Shown: positions 12,676-26,200 of the stretch, one piece after another
Position numbering within the stretch: position 1 is the stretch's first letter
Layout of the letters: each line of letters begins with the position of its first letter
DNA from: Blasia pusilla
Lineage: Eukaryota
Direction of reading: 5' to 3'
Length of the DNA: 64,000 nucleotides
Assembly: GCA_050084515.1 (NCBI GenBank)
Contig: CM114271.1
Coordinates: 47,740,001 to 47,804,000, forward strand
Notes under the pieces: generated by a model
The model's input: the letters and a program-made list of their open reading frames with translations, nothing else
The model's database searches: none
Told to the model about the DNA's origin: nothing
Program-made: the position numbers and the translations under genes

Positions 12676-15600
12676 ATTTGAAGTCTTGCAACACCTCTTG
12701 TGCGTGTTCCAGATCTGCCTCCACAATCCAAGTCACCTCTTTCACATGTTAGCCTTTCCACTTGACCAAGTACTTGTACTTGTTGGCTCTACGCCTCGCA
12801 CGCAAGATGGTCTCCACCTCAAACTCCAGTTCTTCACTTACGATTACCGGCCGTGGTCTCAACGCCTGTCTTTGCTCAGGACGCTCATTATCCTAAAGAT
12901 ACTTCTTCAACAATAACACATGGAAAGTGGGATGTATCTTGAACTCTTTTGGCAGCTCTAGTGTTTACACATCCTCAAACTGGTTTGCCTTAATCACATA
13001 CAGTCCAACATACTTGGCAGATAGCTTCGCAGAAAACTCAGTCGGAAGAGTGAGATTCTTCACACTCAACCACACTTGTTGTCCAACTTGGAATCTCACT
13101 TGATGCCTGAGTTTTTTAGCATGCTTCACATACCTCAGTTGAGCCTTTTCAAGGTTTCTCCTTGCTCGCTCCTCTCGTTCTTGCATTTCCACTAACAAAC
13201 CTTCAGCCATCACTTGTCGGGTCGGTGTTGATGTAGTACCCTTCGAAAGGGCTAGGTCAAGAGGCCCTTTTGGCTCACGTCCATAAGCCAGGAGAAATGG
13301 TCAGTTGCATAATGTTTGGTGGAGTTGTAGTAGAACTCCGCCATACTCAACCACTTCACCCAATCTCGTTGGTCCGCGCTCACGTAATTCCTTAAGTATT
13401 GGTTCACCAGGGAGTTTACCTTTTCCGTTTGCCCATCCGTCTGCGGATGGAAGGCCGTGCTGAAACTCAGCTTGGTCTCAAACCGCCTGAACAAGTGTTT
13501 CCAAAAGGCACTGGTAAACTTTGGAGTCCGATCTGAAACAATACTCCTTGGCAATCCGTGCGCGCGCCACCAACTATCCAAGAAGAGTCGAGAAGTCATA
13601 TAGGTCATGGTTGAATCCACCGTGGGCACAAATCTCTTCAACTTACTGAACCGATCAACTATCACAAGTATAGCGTTGTATCCCTTAGATTCTGGAAGAC
13701 TCGTTATGAAGTCCATACTCACAATGTGCAAGGGCCCGTCCGAAATCGGCAAGGGCCCTTTCTTTGCATAAGAAATCCTGTTCGCCTGCCAGGTCACACA
13801 GGTCTTCACATATTGAGCAACATCTTCTTTCATGTTGAGCCAGAAGAACCTTTTAGCCGGAACAACTAGCGTGGATTTCTCCCCTTTATGTCATGCCAAG
13901 GGTCCATCATGACATTCCACTAACATCTTGGTTCGTAGTTTGCCTTCGCCCACATAGATCCTGATCTGCTTGAACCTTAGTAAACCATGTCTCAAACTTA
14001 TGTTGGCCACCTTCTTGCCCTCCTTCAACTTCCTTAGGTACTCGCTCGCCTGGGTGTCTTTCATGTATCCCTCACGAGTCCTTTCCAGATCTGTTTCCTT
14101 AGGGAACATTGCTCTCAAGACTTGTGTTGTTGATGGCATGTCCTCATCCCTGCGACTCAACGCGTCTGGAATGACATTATCCTTCCCTGACTTGTGGATC
14201 AGTTCCATATTCATCAATGCCAAGGTATCATGCCATCTTAGTTGTTTCGGTGTTACTCAATCCTGGGTCTCAGAATACTTGAGCGATACGTTATCGGTGA
14301 ACACTCGAGTCCTATGAAGTCCCAAATAGTGACGCCACTTCCTCAACCAATGGACCACCGCAAACAACTCTTTTTCATGAGTGGGCCACCTTCTCTTGGT
14401 TTTGCTGAGCTTCTTACTCTCGTAGGCTACAGGTCTTCCTTCCTGTACCAACATTCCTGCAATCGCAAAGTCACTAGCATCTGTTTGCACCTCGAACGGC
14501 TTGTCGAACTCTGGCAGCCTTAGCACTGGCTCTTGCAATAGGATCTCTTTGACTCAGTTAAACGCATCATTCACTTCTTGGGTCCAGGTCGTGTTAGCAT
14601 ACTTTGCGGTCCTATCTGTGAGAGGTCTCACAATACCCAAAAAGTTCCTCACATAGGTTCGGTAGAACTGCACCGTGCCGATCAACCTCCTCATTCCCTT
14701 CACCGTGGAAGGCGGTTTCCACTCAATGATGGCTTTCACTTTGTCCATATCTCGACTAAATCCATCTTTGCTAACCACGTGACCCAAGAACTTGATCTTG
14801 CGCAACTTGAACTCACTCTTATCCCTATTTGCATACAACTTGTTCGCCCTTAGTTTTGAAAACACCGCCCTCAAATGTCGAGCGTGCTCTTCCAGTGACT
14901 TTGAATTGATGAGTATATCATCAATATAGATGATCATGTACTCATCCGTCTCCTCATGAAAAATGGATTTCATCAATGTGATGAATGTTGAAAGTGCATT
15001 ACATAAACCGAAGGGCGTCACCACAAACTGGAACGAGCCATATCTTGTTCTACACACAGTCTTTTCCACATCTGCTTCGGCAATCCAAATCTGGTAATAT
15101 CTTGATTTCAAGTCAATCCTTCTAAAGTACTTTGCCCCTGAAAGTCTATCCAAGAGGTCTTCAATCCTCGGAAGAGGGTAATTTTTTCTCACCATAATTT
15201 TATTCAGCGCACGGTAATCCACACAGAGTCTCATCTTCCCATCCTTCTTCTTCACAAAGAGAACAGGCTGGTTCTAATGTAGCCTTTCTCTAAGAGCTCA
15301 CTTAACTGCTTTTTCAGCTCAAGCAGCTCCTCTTGATTCAATCTATATGGTGCCTTAGAAGGTGGTTGAGATCCGGGAATGACCTCTATCTTGTGATCGA
15401 CAACCTTATGCGGTGGCAACTCGTTCAGAAGCTCATTCGTCAAGACATCACCAAACTCCTTGACTACTCTCTGTAGCAGTCCTAGGATTCCCCTTGAAGC
15501 CGCAATGTGATCCCTGATTTTCTCGCTAGGGGTGTTCTCCACTAGTCTCATTAAGCAAAGGAATACATCCTCCAACTCGGTCAAACTCCTCCTTGTAATG

Positions 15601-15877
15601 GCGTTCACCAACTCCTTCCTCACAAGCATCTCGCGAACCAACCTCACTTGCAACCGTTTGCCCTTCACTAAGACGCTCAACCTTAATGGCCTTCACCTTA
15701 GTTCCACCTCATACTCATCCAAGAATGTGTTCTCCAAGACTCCGTTGATGCCATCCATCTCGCACACCGTGAAATTCTCCTTCAACTCGAATACTCCGCA
15801 TCCTATCGTCAAAGCCAGTACCAACTTGGAAGTTGGTTGAGACTTGCCTCCGGAAAAAATCCTACTCGAATGGGCTC
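12676..15877 (-). pseudogene. pol of family B: protease C-terminal half, RT, RNase H, integrase, chromodomain; stops and frameshifts
   Basis: RT: RLCVDYRALN, PFGLCNA, YIDDIL. RNase H: FEVQTDASDFAI. Integrase: SMDFITSLP, HPQTDGQTE. Chromodomain at ~12676-12840: EFEVETILRARRRANKYKYLVKWKG*HVKEVTW. Confidence 0.9.
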
Positions 15878-18071
15878 TGTCTCACCAGGTAATACATGGC
15901 CAGCATACAACCCAGGTGAAACTGTTGCTAGTTCCACCAGTTCAGTCCCATGTAAGAGCTTAGGGCCAGATCAGAAGATCAGATCTGCAAGATATACTCC
16001 TTAACTACTGTAAACCCCACCTCTTTACCTTAAGAGGCTGGGGGAACTCTCTCCACTTCAGTATCACAATCCTATCCTCACCCTACTAACCAAAACTCCT
16101 TCCTTTCTCTTGAGTGCTTTGAGTGGAGTGGCCAGTGGAACCCAACAAGCACACTCTACTTAGAATTCACAAGTCAAGGATGACCACGGCAAAGATAAGG
16201 TCCTCCAATGTGCTGCCTTGGACTAGTTGAATGTACCAAGGCATCCTCTAAAGTACACCCGACTCCTAACCGATCAGGTAGTGCAATCACCTTCTTCTTC
16301 TCCTCGTACCTTGCTGATCCTCTTTGTTCTCCTTCTTGTTCAAGTAGTAGGAGACTTAACAGATGAGCCCATGGTCTTCTACCTCTGGGGAGCTCAAGCA
16401 TGATCCTCTCTCTCTCCACTCACTAACTCTTATCACTTACCAGACTGGAAGTCCAAGTTGTCACACCTTGGAAGTAATCATGTGATTGGTGTCAAAGGCC
16501 AAGCTTAGGTGGGCGAGCAGCCAAGCTTTCCAAGCACACCTTGGTGGAGCACAATCTTGGAACCCAAGCTTGCCTCCCCTCTCTTGGTAGATCCTCTTGT
16601 CCTCTCCTTGCACTTTTGAATGATTAGTTGAATCATCTCCAAGAATCTCCCTTCATCAAGCCCTCCCCCAACTCATCACTCAATCATGCACATACTCAGA
16701 TACAAGGCAATGGTGTGAACTCATTTCACAGGGCTACCTCTTGTGTATCACAAAATCATAGAGTACATGAGAGACCTTCTTAGTCTCAGCCCCCTTCAAG
16801 CACACTACACACTACCTAGACTGGGAGCACAAAGCGTGTCTTTGGTTAGCTTGGCTCAAGAGATCGAGTGTCTACTAGCCAACATCATGTCTATGCCCGC
16901 CTTCAAGCAAACCCACCAGAGTATTTATAAGTGAAGTTGAGAGCCCTCTTCTTCCTTGAGCTTCTATGGTATTCTGGGTTCCTACCTTCCTAAAAATCTA
17001 CCTCCCCTAAGCATCTACTCCAAGGCATCTCTTGCCTGAAATTTCGACCTCATCTACTTCTGAACCTGTTCTCACTAGCATTTCCCAAGCTTGCTTCTTC
17101 TCAAGCTGGTTGAGATTCCCTTGGGTGCTCCTCACCTGATCTCACTGATCTCTCATTGCTCCTCACTGATCTCCTGATCTCTCGATGCTCCTCGGTGCTA
17201 ATTACTTCCCTTTGCTCCTTGATCTCCTTATCTCCTCGATCATTACTTCCCTGCTTGCTCCTCATGATCTCACTGATCTCTCCTGATCTTGCTGCTCTCC
17301 TGATCTCCTCATTTGCTCTCTGATCTCGATCTCCTCACCTGATAATTACTTCCCTGTTGCTCTCACTGATCTCACCTGATCTCCTCGGCTGATAATTACT
17401 TCCCCTGCTGCTCCTCACCTGATCTCACCTGATCTCTCTTTGCTCCTCACTTGATCTCACTGATCTCCTCATTTGCTCCTCACCGATCTCACCTAATCTC
17501 ACCTGATCTCCTCGGTGATAATTACTTCCCCCTGCTTTGCTCCTCACCGATAAGGCCTAAATCGAATGTGTAGCTTTCCGAAACTTTTGGGGTCGACTAT
17601 CATACATCAGCACCATGTCCCCCTCCTTCACTGGATCATGTTGTATTCGGTTATCAAACCTCATCTTCCTTTGGTCTTTGAACGGCCTTGGTCTTCTCTA
17701 ATCTTTGCCTTTCTCTCCTCCTCTAGGGCATCAATCATATCCAGCTTGCTATCTTTGCCACCTTCAGGTTGGAAGTGCCCTTCTAGAGTATGATGGGTCT
17801 TCAACTCCAACTCTACTACCGGGAGAGGGTTACGCCCATACACCAAGAAGTAGGGACTTTTCCTGTGGTGCTCTCTTCACCGTGAGTTGTAAGCATGGAT
17901 AGTGAAGCTAATTTCTGTCCCAACTCGATATGTGAGTGCCACTATCTTGGTCCGAATGGCACCAATGATCCTATTTAAATTGCAGATTGTTGTTCTAGCT
18001 CCTTCTACTCACCTAACTAGAGTCCCAAAAGTATCTAACACACATGGGAGCCACTCATGAAGGGGCGCACA
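15878..18071. mobile_element. 2.2-kb TG...CA insertion (solo LTR or non-autonomous LTR element, family C) inside the family B protease
   Basis: Starts TGTCTC and ends GCACA. 5-bp TSD GGCTC at 15873-15877 and 18072-18076. The protease reads through when the insertion is removed. No coding capacity recognised. Confidence 0.85.
17130..17550. repeat. Degenerate tandem array of CTCACCTGATCT / TTACTTCCC units within the family C insertion
   Basis: Repeated ctcacctgatct, tgctcctcac and aattacttccc motifs are directly visible. Confidence 0.8.
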
Positions 18072-19390
18072 GGCTCGTCTGCCTTAGAGGTTCACACACC
18101 CAACTCCTTCACGATTCTCGGGCTTAGGAAGGAGTGCCAAGCACCTGTATCCACGAGCAACATCACATCGCGATCACCAATTTTGGATCTTAGGTACACC
18201 AAGTTGGGCATCCTCTTGGTGACTTGAAGGGAGGTCTCCAAACCTCCCGCCGACAAGTGCTTAGCAGCTAATGCAATCATACTCCCATTACTAACCTTCG
18301 GTTTGGAGCATCCTTTCGCCATGTGCCTAGGTTCACCATAGTTTTAGCATACCACCTTACCGTTTCCTAACTTCGGATGCTCTGCTCCCTTCGGCTTAGC
18401 AAGGCGTTCTTGTCGCTTTGCTGCTGGGTTGAGAGACTCTCCTTGGTCCCGCTCAACCCCACTCTAGACCCTCTTTGGTGCCCCTTTGTTTTTCAAACTT
18501 TTGGAAAAAGTTTTTGTCTCAAAGGGCTTCGTTGTTTGGACCTCATCGTCCCCAATCCGCTCCGCCAGCCTCAAAAGCCCCACGCAGGTGTTTGGCAACT
18601 CCGACATTCTATACAGGGCCTTCTCTGCACTCGATTTGAGTCCACCAATGAAGATCGCTATCTGTGATGCCTCATCCATCTTAGGAATGGAGTTCAACTT
18701 TGCGTTGAACTCCCTCACATAAGTGCTTAAGGGCCCCGTCTGCCGTAGTCGCACGAGCTCTACTCTATCGCGAATCTCTTGGTACTCCTTGGTGAATCGG
18801 TCATCAATCAGCGTCTTGAACTCCTCCCTACTCAGAGCTAAACCGCCGGCCAGATATTCTTCCCGTTGCCCTGTCCACCACTGTAGCGCATGATCCTTTA
18901 GAAAGGTGACTGCCACTGCCACTGCCACCTTATCCTGTTCTGCTGCCCTGTGCGCCTTGAAGTAATATTCCATCTCCGTAAGGAAATCTTTCACCTTGCG
19001 AGCGCGCCCCACTCCGGTGAATGGCATGGGCAGGTTTGTCTTGCAAAGCTTTTTGCCATAACTCGAAGCTCTGTGCACCTCAATTTCTGCAATCCGCTTG
19101 TTTTGCATGAGGACTTGTTCCGTCATCATTTTCATATAATCCAACATCTGGGCATAGAAGGCCGATTCACTTGAGTTTGGGGCCATTGGCTCCGCAAGAG
19201 TATCTACATTTGGGACACCCTCATGTTTGACATTCGGTATCTCGGGAGTTGGCGTTTCCTCCACCGGCTCCCGATCCGGCATCGATTCGTCCTGTAGTTC
19301 ACGTCGCTTGGCTCGGCATTTCCGTGGTTCATCTCCCTCAGTTGCCATCTTCAAGCCGCCACACTCGGATCTCCTCCTCATTTCTTGCAT
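18072..19390 (-). pseudogene. gag and N-terminal protease of family B
   Basis: The 308-aa ORF 18464-19390 has retrotransposon gag motifs (FLKDHALQWW, LRQTGPLSTYVREF). A degenerate CCHC knuckle lies at ~18310-18355. The protease motif LLVDTGAWHSF is in ORF 18092-18322. Confidence 0.88.
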
Positions 19391-19484
19391 CCCTCCTCGA
19401 GCGTCCGGATCTCGCTGCTACCTCGGATTTTCCCCAAGCATCCGGTTACTCCCACAACCCCAAGTTCTTGCTCACCAAGGATTA

Positions 19485-19496
19485 GCTCTAATACCA
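19485..19496 (-). promoter_or_regulatory. Primer binding site (tRNA-iMet type) of family B
   Basis: The minus strand reads TGGTATTAGAGC two bases after the LTR end, one mismatch from canonical TGGTATCAGAGC. Confidence 0.85.
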
Positions 19497-19578
19497 CATG
19501 TCGTGCGCCTACTCTCCTTGAACGTCAATCTTAGTGTTACGGAAGCGTACGTTCAGTAGAACACGCTCTCATCGCCAA

Positions 19579-21430
19579 CGGGGGCTGGTATTCTGGCAGG
19601 AGAGAGTAAGAGAGGAGAGGAAGAGAGGAAGAGAGAGAGTCTCTCTTCAAGAAAAAGGGCCAAATCCGCCTCCTCTTTCAAAACTTTTTGACATATTTGA
19701 AATTTTTTTTGCTTTCAAATTCATGAAATCTTTAGGAGAGAGTAGGTAGTGGTCCACATTTGGCCCTGAAAAAACCTCCTTTTTCCTGGGGGCGAAAAAA
19801 AAATAGACATCATAAGACCACTACAAACATTTTTCCATCACTCTCCATGTGAGCCTAAGTTTCTTAACATTACCTGTCTCGGTCTACAAAAAGCAGTGCC
19901 CATGGGTATTTTTGTTGGAGGACCACCCAGGTGCCAACCTCTCTTTTTGCAGGGATTTTTGCCTGCATCATGACCTCCCCTGAATTGCCCCATAACCAAC
20001 TTTCTGCTGGTTATGAATGGTGTCTGCTCAAGACCAACTTTGTGAAATGTGAACACATGAGAGGATAATTGAACCAAAAGATTGTTAGCTGTTTGGAGTA
20101 AAGAGGAACTGATGTCCCTTCATTCAGATCCGAAGGCTGAGAAACTGAGAAGTTGCACTCCTCCCAACCCGTAAGAAAGCTTACCATAAGAAAGGATAGA
20201 TTTTTAGAAGTGATTTTCTTCCACCCTTCACCCACGACGATCTAATAGGTTGGGAATCCGAAATGGCAATCCGATAGGTAGTAGGAATCCTGCACATCTT
20301 AGACAAGAAAAGAAGCCTACAAGTGGTTGACGAATGTAGGGGGACGAGCCAAACGTTAAGAAGCCCGCCACAATGCATCAGAAGTTGGTCTCACAGGGAA
20401 AGAGTCCGATCACTCAAGGAGTCAACCTGTCGGAATCCGACAGCTTGCCTGGAAATGGTTAAAAAGTTGCAGTGGGCAAAAAGCAAAAAGTTGCAACCCG
20501 TCGGAATCATACGGGTTGCAAAATTGTAATTTTGAGTAGCTAAAAGAACACAATCCACAAGTCCAACAAAATATTCCAGCAAACTTTTACAAACACCATT
20601 ACGGGTTGAAAAAATCTCGTTCTTTATTACCTCCGAAGGAACCTCGGAAATGTACATTTGACCTAGTCTATGATTTCTTCAGCCTCGTCATCTACAAATT
20701 TACTCCTAACTCTCCTCGGTGAAAGTACAAAAGGAATGTCCTCGGATACAAGTGGCTCCTCTGGCCGATTGTAGACGGGGATCGAAAATGTTGGCGAATT
20801 CGAGAGCCTTGGCCCTCCCCTAGGTATGCCATAACGGTCCCATGTAACCTAATTGGAGTCCCACCGCCTTCCTCGGCAGTATACCTTGTACGCTCTACAA
20901 TGTGACACCCACCCAGTATCAATATGTGCTCCGTCCTTGGTAATACCATGATGGCAATCGCAGAGGTAGTAGGAATCCAACACGTCTAAGAGAAGAAAAG
21001 AAGCCTACGCCTGCCTTTACGAGTTGAGGGGAAGGTGCCAAGGGAAGAAGCCCGCCAGACTGCCTCTTAAGTTGGACCAACAGGGAAAGAGTCCGATCAG
21101 GCAACCTGTCGGAATCCGACAGGTTGCCTGGAAGTGGTAAAAAGGTGCTGTCGTCAAAAAGTGAAAAGTTGCAAGCAGGAGAAATCCGACGGGTTGCAAA
21201 ATAGAAGTCCGCGGAGTACATAGACGATCACATTCGAAAAGACATAAAAAATGTTCAGCAAACTTTTATAAGCATCACCATCGTTCGAAAAAATCTTCTC
21301 CTTTATATCATCCGAAAAAAGCTCGGAATTGTAAATTTGATCTATTCTATGAAATCTTTTGCTTCATCATCAAAAAACTCCCTACTCCAAACGCTGCAGT
21401 CAAGCAAGGTCGTTGAGTTCTTTGAACTCA
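19579..21430 (+). repeat. Left inverted arm (terminal repeat plus subterminal modules)
   Basis: Reverse-complement match to blocks in ~36700-38928. A ~400-bp module is internally duplicated (about 20270-20700 and 20950-21380). Confidence 0.8.
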
Positions 21431-22858
21431 CTCGTCATTGTCCGAGAGCTCTTGCAAAATTACTTTCGGACTTGCCCTCCCGATTTTCGGAATCGTTGGA
21501 AGTGACGATGGAGTCACTACCAATGGTGGGTCTGGAACCGGAGCTCTCCACTTCGGTGGAGAGTTGTACGCCCCAACGAGCCTTCGTCAGACGCGCTTTG
21601 CCTCCTTGCAAAGGTCAAACAGTTCCTGCCTTCCCTCGAGGCAGAGAATGTTCCTGCCACTCTGCCAGGCGCCTTTGATACTTGCCCCTGAAAGTCCCAC
21701 TAAGTTGAACACCAAGTCACCCGGCCTTGAGCAGAGTTCGATGAGCGTTTGCATCAAGGCAAGCAATTTTTCCCTTCCTCCCAGAAGTGGAGTATTGTCT
21801 TGCATGTAAATTCCCGGGGGGGAATTGTACAAACTATCTAAGTTGTACCCATCTGTAAAGAAGTACGTTGGAAACAATGTCAGCAACTAAAGAAGTCGGC
21901 TTGACCCTAGAGAACTTTTTCAATTACTAACTTTGGATCAACCCGTCGGGCTCTCCGTTGTTTTTGTCCATGAGCAACCCGTCGGAAGGCAACGGGTTGC
22001 TGGCCTAGAGCAGCCCATGCTCGGCTGAGAGCAACCCGTTGCTATCAGACGGGTTGCAGCTTTCCGGAAACACAGGGAAAAACCAAAAGCAACTGCAACC
22101 TGTCGGGTTCCGACGGGTTGCAGGTACACCACGGTTTTCCCTGTGTATCTGGGAAAGATGCAACACGTCGGAAACCGATGGGTTGCTCTCAGCCGAGCAT
22201 GGGCTGCTCTAAGCCAACAACCCCTCGCCTTCTGACGGGTTGCTCACGGACAAAAACAAGGGAGATATACTATCTGAAATTAACACTCATTGAGCCTTAT
22301 TCGAATCTGACTCATCACGGATCGGAGTGGGTACTCGTTTTTTATTATCCATGATTGCGCCATCCTCCACTTTAGCGACCTCTTGACGCATTGGAGGTTG
22401 AAGAGCTCGTCCTCGCTCCCTACCAAGAAGCAGCCCCTGTCACTCAGATAGGCGTCTGCAAAGGAGAACAATAGCGCGATTTGGTCATAAGAGAGCGGCA
22501 CATTCCACTCAAGTACCCCGTCCAACGGATTCTCGCCCCACAGTCGCAACCCCGAGGGCAGATCAGCCATCAAGAGATCCACCGCAACCTCTTCGACCAC
22601 TCCATTCACCGTCCAGGTAGCGTGCCCGTTTCGTTGGAGCTTCCGTCCCAGCGTTGTCAATTTATCGATGGCTGGTGTCGACGCTTGAGAACTGAAGCTT
22701 TTCAGCTCATCCAGTAAAGGAGTGAACTGAAGGAGGATGCTTGTCCGGGTCGTTGTTTGTCTGTGTCTTCCCAAGGATGATGGACTGTATTCTCCTTGGG
22801 ACAACCCTGGCACCTCTCGCTTCAGCTTCTCCCGAGTCTGCGGACGGCTTGTCGGGGA
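21428..22858 (-). pseudogene. Inverted partial duplicate of the 3' exons of the methyltransferase-like gene
   Basis: ORFs 22280-23032 and 21587-21886 match + strand 31526-33011 (VAVDLLMADLPSG..EWNVPL; LIELCSRPGDLVFNLVGLSGASIKGAWQSGRNILCLE). Confidence 0.85.
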
Positions 22859-23283
22859 GGTGCGGTAAGAGGAGAGGAAGAGAGGAAGAGAGGAGAGAGG
22901 AGAGAGGAAGAGAGGAGAGAGGAGAGAGGAAACTAGGGTCAACCGAAATAGATACTTTTTTTTAAAGAGAGTTTCTGTTGGGTTGAAGAGAGGAAAATTT
23001 TTGTTTGAAATTTTTTGCACTTTTTTGTTCATATATTAAGGAGTCCCACAAATTTTTTTTTCCTCTTCTATATTTTGGCAACCCCTCTGAGTCCGACGAG
23101 TTGCAAATTGCACAAAATTTAGAAAACTGAAAAATCAGTGGAATCATAAGTGTGGAACCAATCACTTTTTCCATCCAAGGTCTGGAAAAAATCTGTCATT
23201 TGCCCGGGGCTGAATAGAGTTCAAGCTCAAAGTGAAGGTTGAGAAAAAAATAAAAGTACAATCTAAAACCTCATTTTGCATCC

Positions 23284-26200
23284 TCAAAATGGTTTGTTTA
23301 AAATACTTCGAACTTCTTTGAGGGACAGAATTGGTTGGTGGATTCCTACTCCTACCTCCGACTCTCTTAAAACTACCAGCAACACATAGTACATGTGCTT
23401 ACAAGGTAAATACCTTTTGCCACTTGTCTCTATTTGGACAAAGTCATCACATGAACATATGGGAAAGCAATAGATATGCATCACATACACCCTTGTGACA
23501 CTTGAATTTACAATGTTGTTCTTGACCCAATACATCCTTCCTATTCCATTGCCACTCAAGACATCTTTCGTGGCGATGATCTCCATTTTTGCCTCCCGAG
23601 CTGCTACAATTCGCTTTGCTCTCTCCACCGTTGGCCTGCACATTCTGTTTCTCTTCACCCCATTTCTAGACTCAAACAGAAATAATGGATTGAGATCATC
23701 CACCTTCTCCGGGTACATGTTGACATCAATCTTGGGTTGAATATGAAATGCGAAGGTCTCTGTAATGCGAACATGCTCCGAACTTCCCCCGTCTCACGAG
23801 TCTGAAACCGGCACTTGTAAGATTGTCCACCGTCTTGAGTGCGATTCGTACTCGGCGATGGGCCAAATCATGGGGGTATTCGGGAGCTCCAATGGCAGCG
23901 GATAAGACTTCGAAAGCGTAAGATTCATTTGGGCAGAAGAAGTACTTCAATTGATCCCGGTCCTCGTGAAACGATCAAAGGTTTTGAGTCCCCAAAACCC
24001 AGGCAGAGGTCGCCCGATCCTTATGCGATTCTTATTTAGGAAAGTGCCGCATGCTCTCCTAATGCCATCGAGATCTCGCCTGCAGTGGGTCCACGTCTGG
24101 GTTGCTCGAGATATATGCCACCGTTTTAGGTTGCAATCCACCTCCATTACCGAATCCCATATTGTTGAACCATCCCGGTGACGAGGATGTTGCGAACTTC
24201 CAAAGAATCGAGGGCTTTTGAAATAAAACATTCACTGATTTTGGAGAAGTAACTCCATCACGGATTTGGGACGGGTCAGGGTCCCGAATACCAGGCGGTG
24301 TAATTTCCTCATCCAAATCAATCACCGGATTTGTTCTCGATCTTGCCTCTTCACCGCTGAAGTCAAGATACTTATCTGGTTTCCACGAGTCTCGTTCGAT
24401 TTGCTCTACCACCATCTGTATGGGACGTCTTGAAACCCACCCACAAATATCCCCACCTATGTGTACGTCTTGCTCGAGTGGAGTTTCAGCTACGCACCGG
24501 TTGAAGGCTTCGACATACAATTTTTCATCACCAGATCTCACAGCCGCCTTGACATAGAGCTCGTAGATCGACGGCCCTTTTCCTTTTGTTATGCCTTTTG
24601 TGAGAAAGATATGGGATCTTTGCAGATGTAGCATTGCTCTTGCCTGGTCTTGTTGGCATGCCTCCACAAGTGAAATTCGTTGGCATGCTTGTGACGACCT
24701 CCAAGAGGAATGAACACTTTCTGCTCCACTTATGTTGGGGCAGAGGGTATTTTCATGAACGTTCAATCCCTGCAACGACGGCAATGTTAGAAGGGAACAA
24801 AAATAACTTAGGAGTCAAAGAAATAAGCGACCTGTCGGAACCAGACGGGTTGCAGGCTCGAGGCATCCCATGAACGACTCTGCGACCTGTCGGGTCCCGA
24901 CGTGTTGTAACCTTAAACCCACCTACTGCAACCCGTCGGAACCCGACGGGTTGCAAGGCCGAGGCATCCCATGAACGACTCTGTGACCCGTTGGGTCCCG
25001 ACGGGTTGCACACTCGGGTTGCACCAAACATCTGGATGCAACTCGTCGGTTTCCGTCGTGTTGCACACTCGGGCAACCCGTCGCATCCGATAGCTTGCTT
25101 GGTTTCTTGGGTTTGAAATCCATATAATTACCACGCTTCTCATCCTGAGCTACAACTTTACAAACAATTTTCAGCGTGAGCTTGACAAGACAAAATAGTG
25201 AACTCACCTGCCGCATGAAGTTTCCCCATTGTCTCATAAGTACAGTCCACCAACTCAACCAAGAGCACAACTCTTTGTACTTCCCCTCAATCGCATGCTT
25301 CCTCCACCACCCATGAAGTTCTTCCTGGCATTCCATGGCCTGCTTCAAGGTTTTGTTGTCCTTGCAGCGTTGGAGTAGAGTGACATGCTCTGTCCTCTTA
25401 TTCTCCTTGATGCAAGATTTGGTGTACCGGGTCACAAACTGTTGCTAATGGAAAGCATCCGACCTTTCCCTCTCCGGTTGAACCTCTCCATCCCAGAACA
25501 GTTCCCGGATAGCAATCCACCTAGGTTGTGCATTGTCCGCCATGAACCCATAAATTTCTGGAGGTGGCCTTTTGTTTTCCTTCACCACCTCCAATAAGAG
25601 TAACCAGCACATCTTCAAACTGCCAACGTCTTCTGCCTTTACTTCATAGAAAAATATAGTTTTGAGTCCCTTCTCCACATGGTCATAAACGTGAGCACCC
25701 ATCGTCAACCATCCGTTCAGCACTCTGTAGCAAATATCAAAGCTTACCCAGCTCCCGTAAAGATCTTCCCCTTCCCTCATTCGATCTATAAGATTGAGGC
25801 CACTCGACGGACCTATGGTTGACATTTTGAAGACATAGGCCCTGGATCCCTCGCCTCCTTGGCCCATGAACTGCCATCTCTGAATGAATGGAAATCTGGA
25901 GTTGGCCTTGATTCTGGCGATGGCATCCATTTCAGTCGTCTTTCCATCCAGAACTCGTATCTAACGCAACAAATTCCGGAAGCATTCAGGATCAGCGAGA
26001 AATGCGAGATTTTCCCAGAGTTGTTTCTCCTCAACCGCCGTGATCTCGCCCTGTCCAGGGATTCCAAGCAATTGTTCACAAATTTGTGATGCCGTTGTGA
26101 GGTTGATCACTCCGGGCTTTGAACCCGGAGAGTTTCTGTAGACCTCGGCTACTTTCTTCGCCACATCCTCCTTGATGTGTCTTTGAATTGCATCGGTCAC

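Larger units (their letters stand above)
10623..19579 (-). mobile_element. Chromovirus-type Ty3/gypsy LTR retrotransposon (family B), decayed; 5' LTR truncated to ~80 bp
   Basis: 3' LTR 10623-11627 (TGTCG...CGACA) with a polypurine tract at 11628-11640. A matching LTR piece lies at 19499-19579 next to a tRNA-iMet-type primer binding site. Domain order on the minus strand is gag-PR-RT-RH-INT-chromodomain. Confidence 0.92.
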
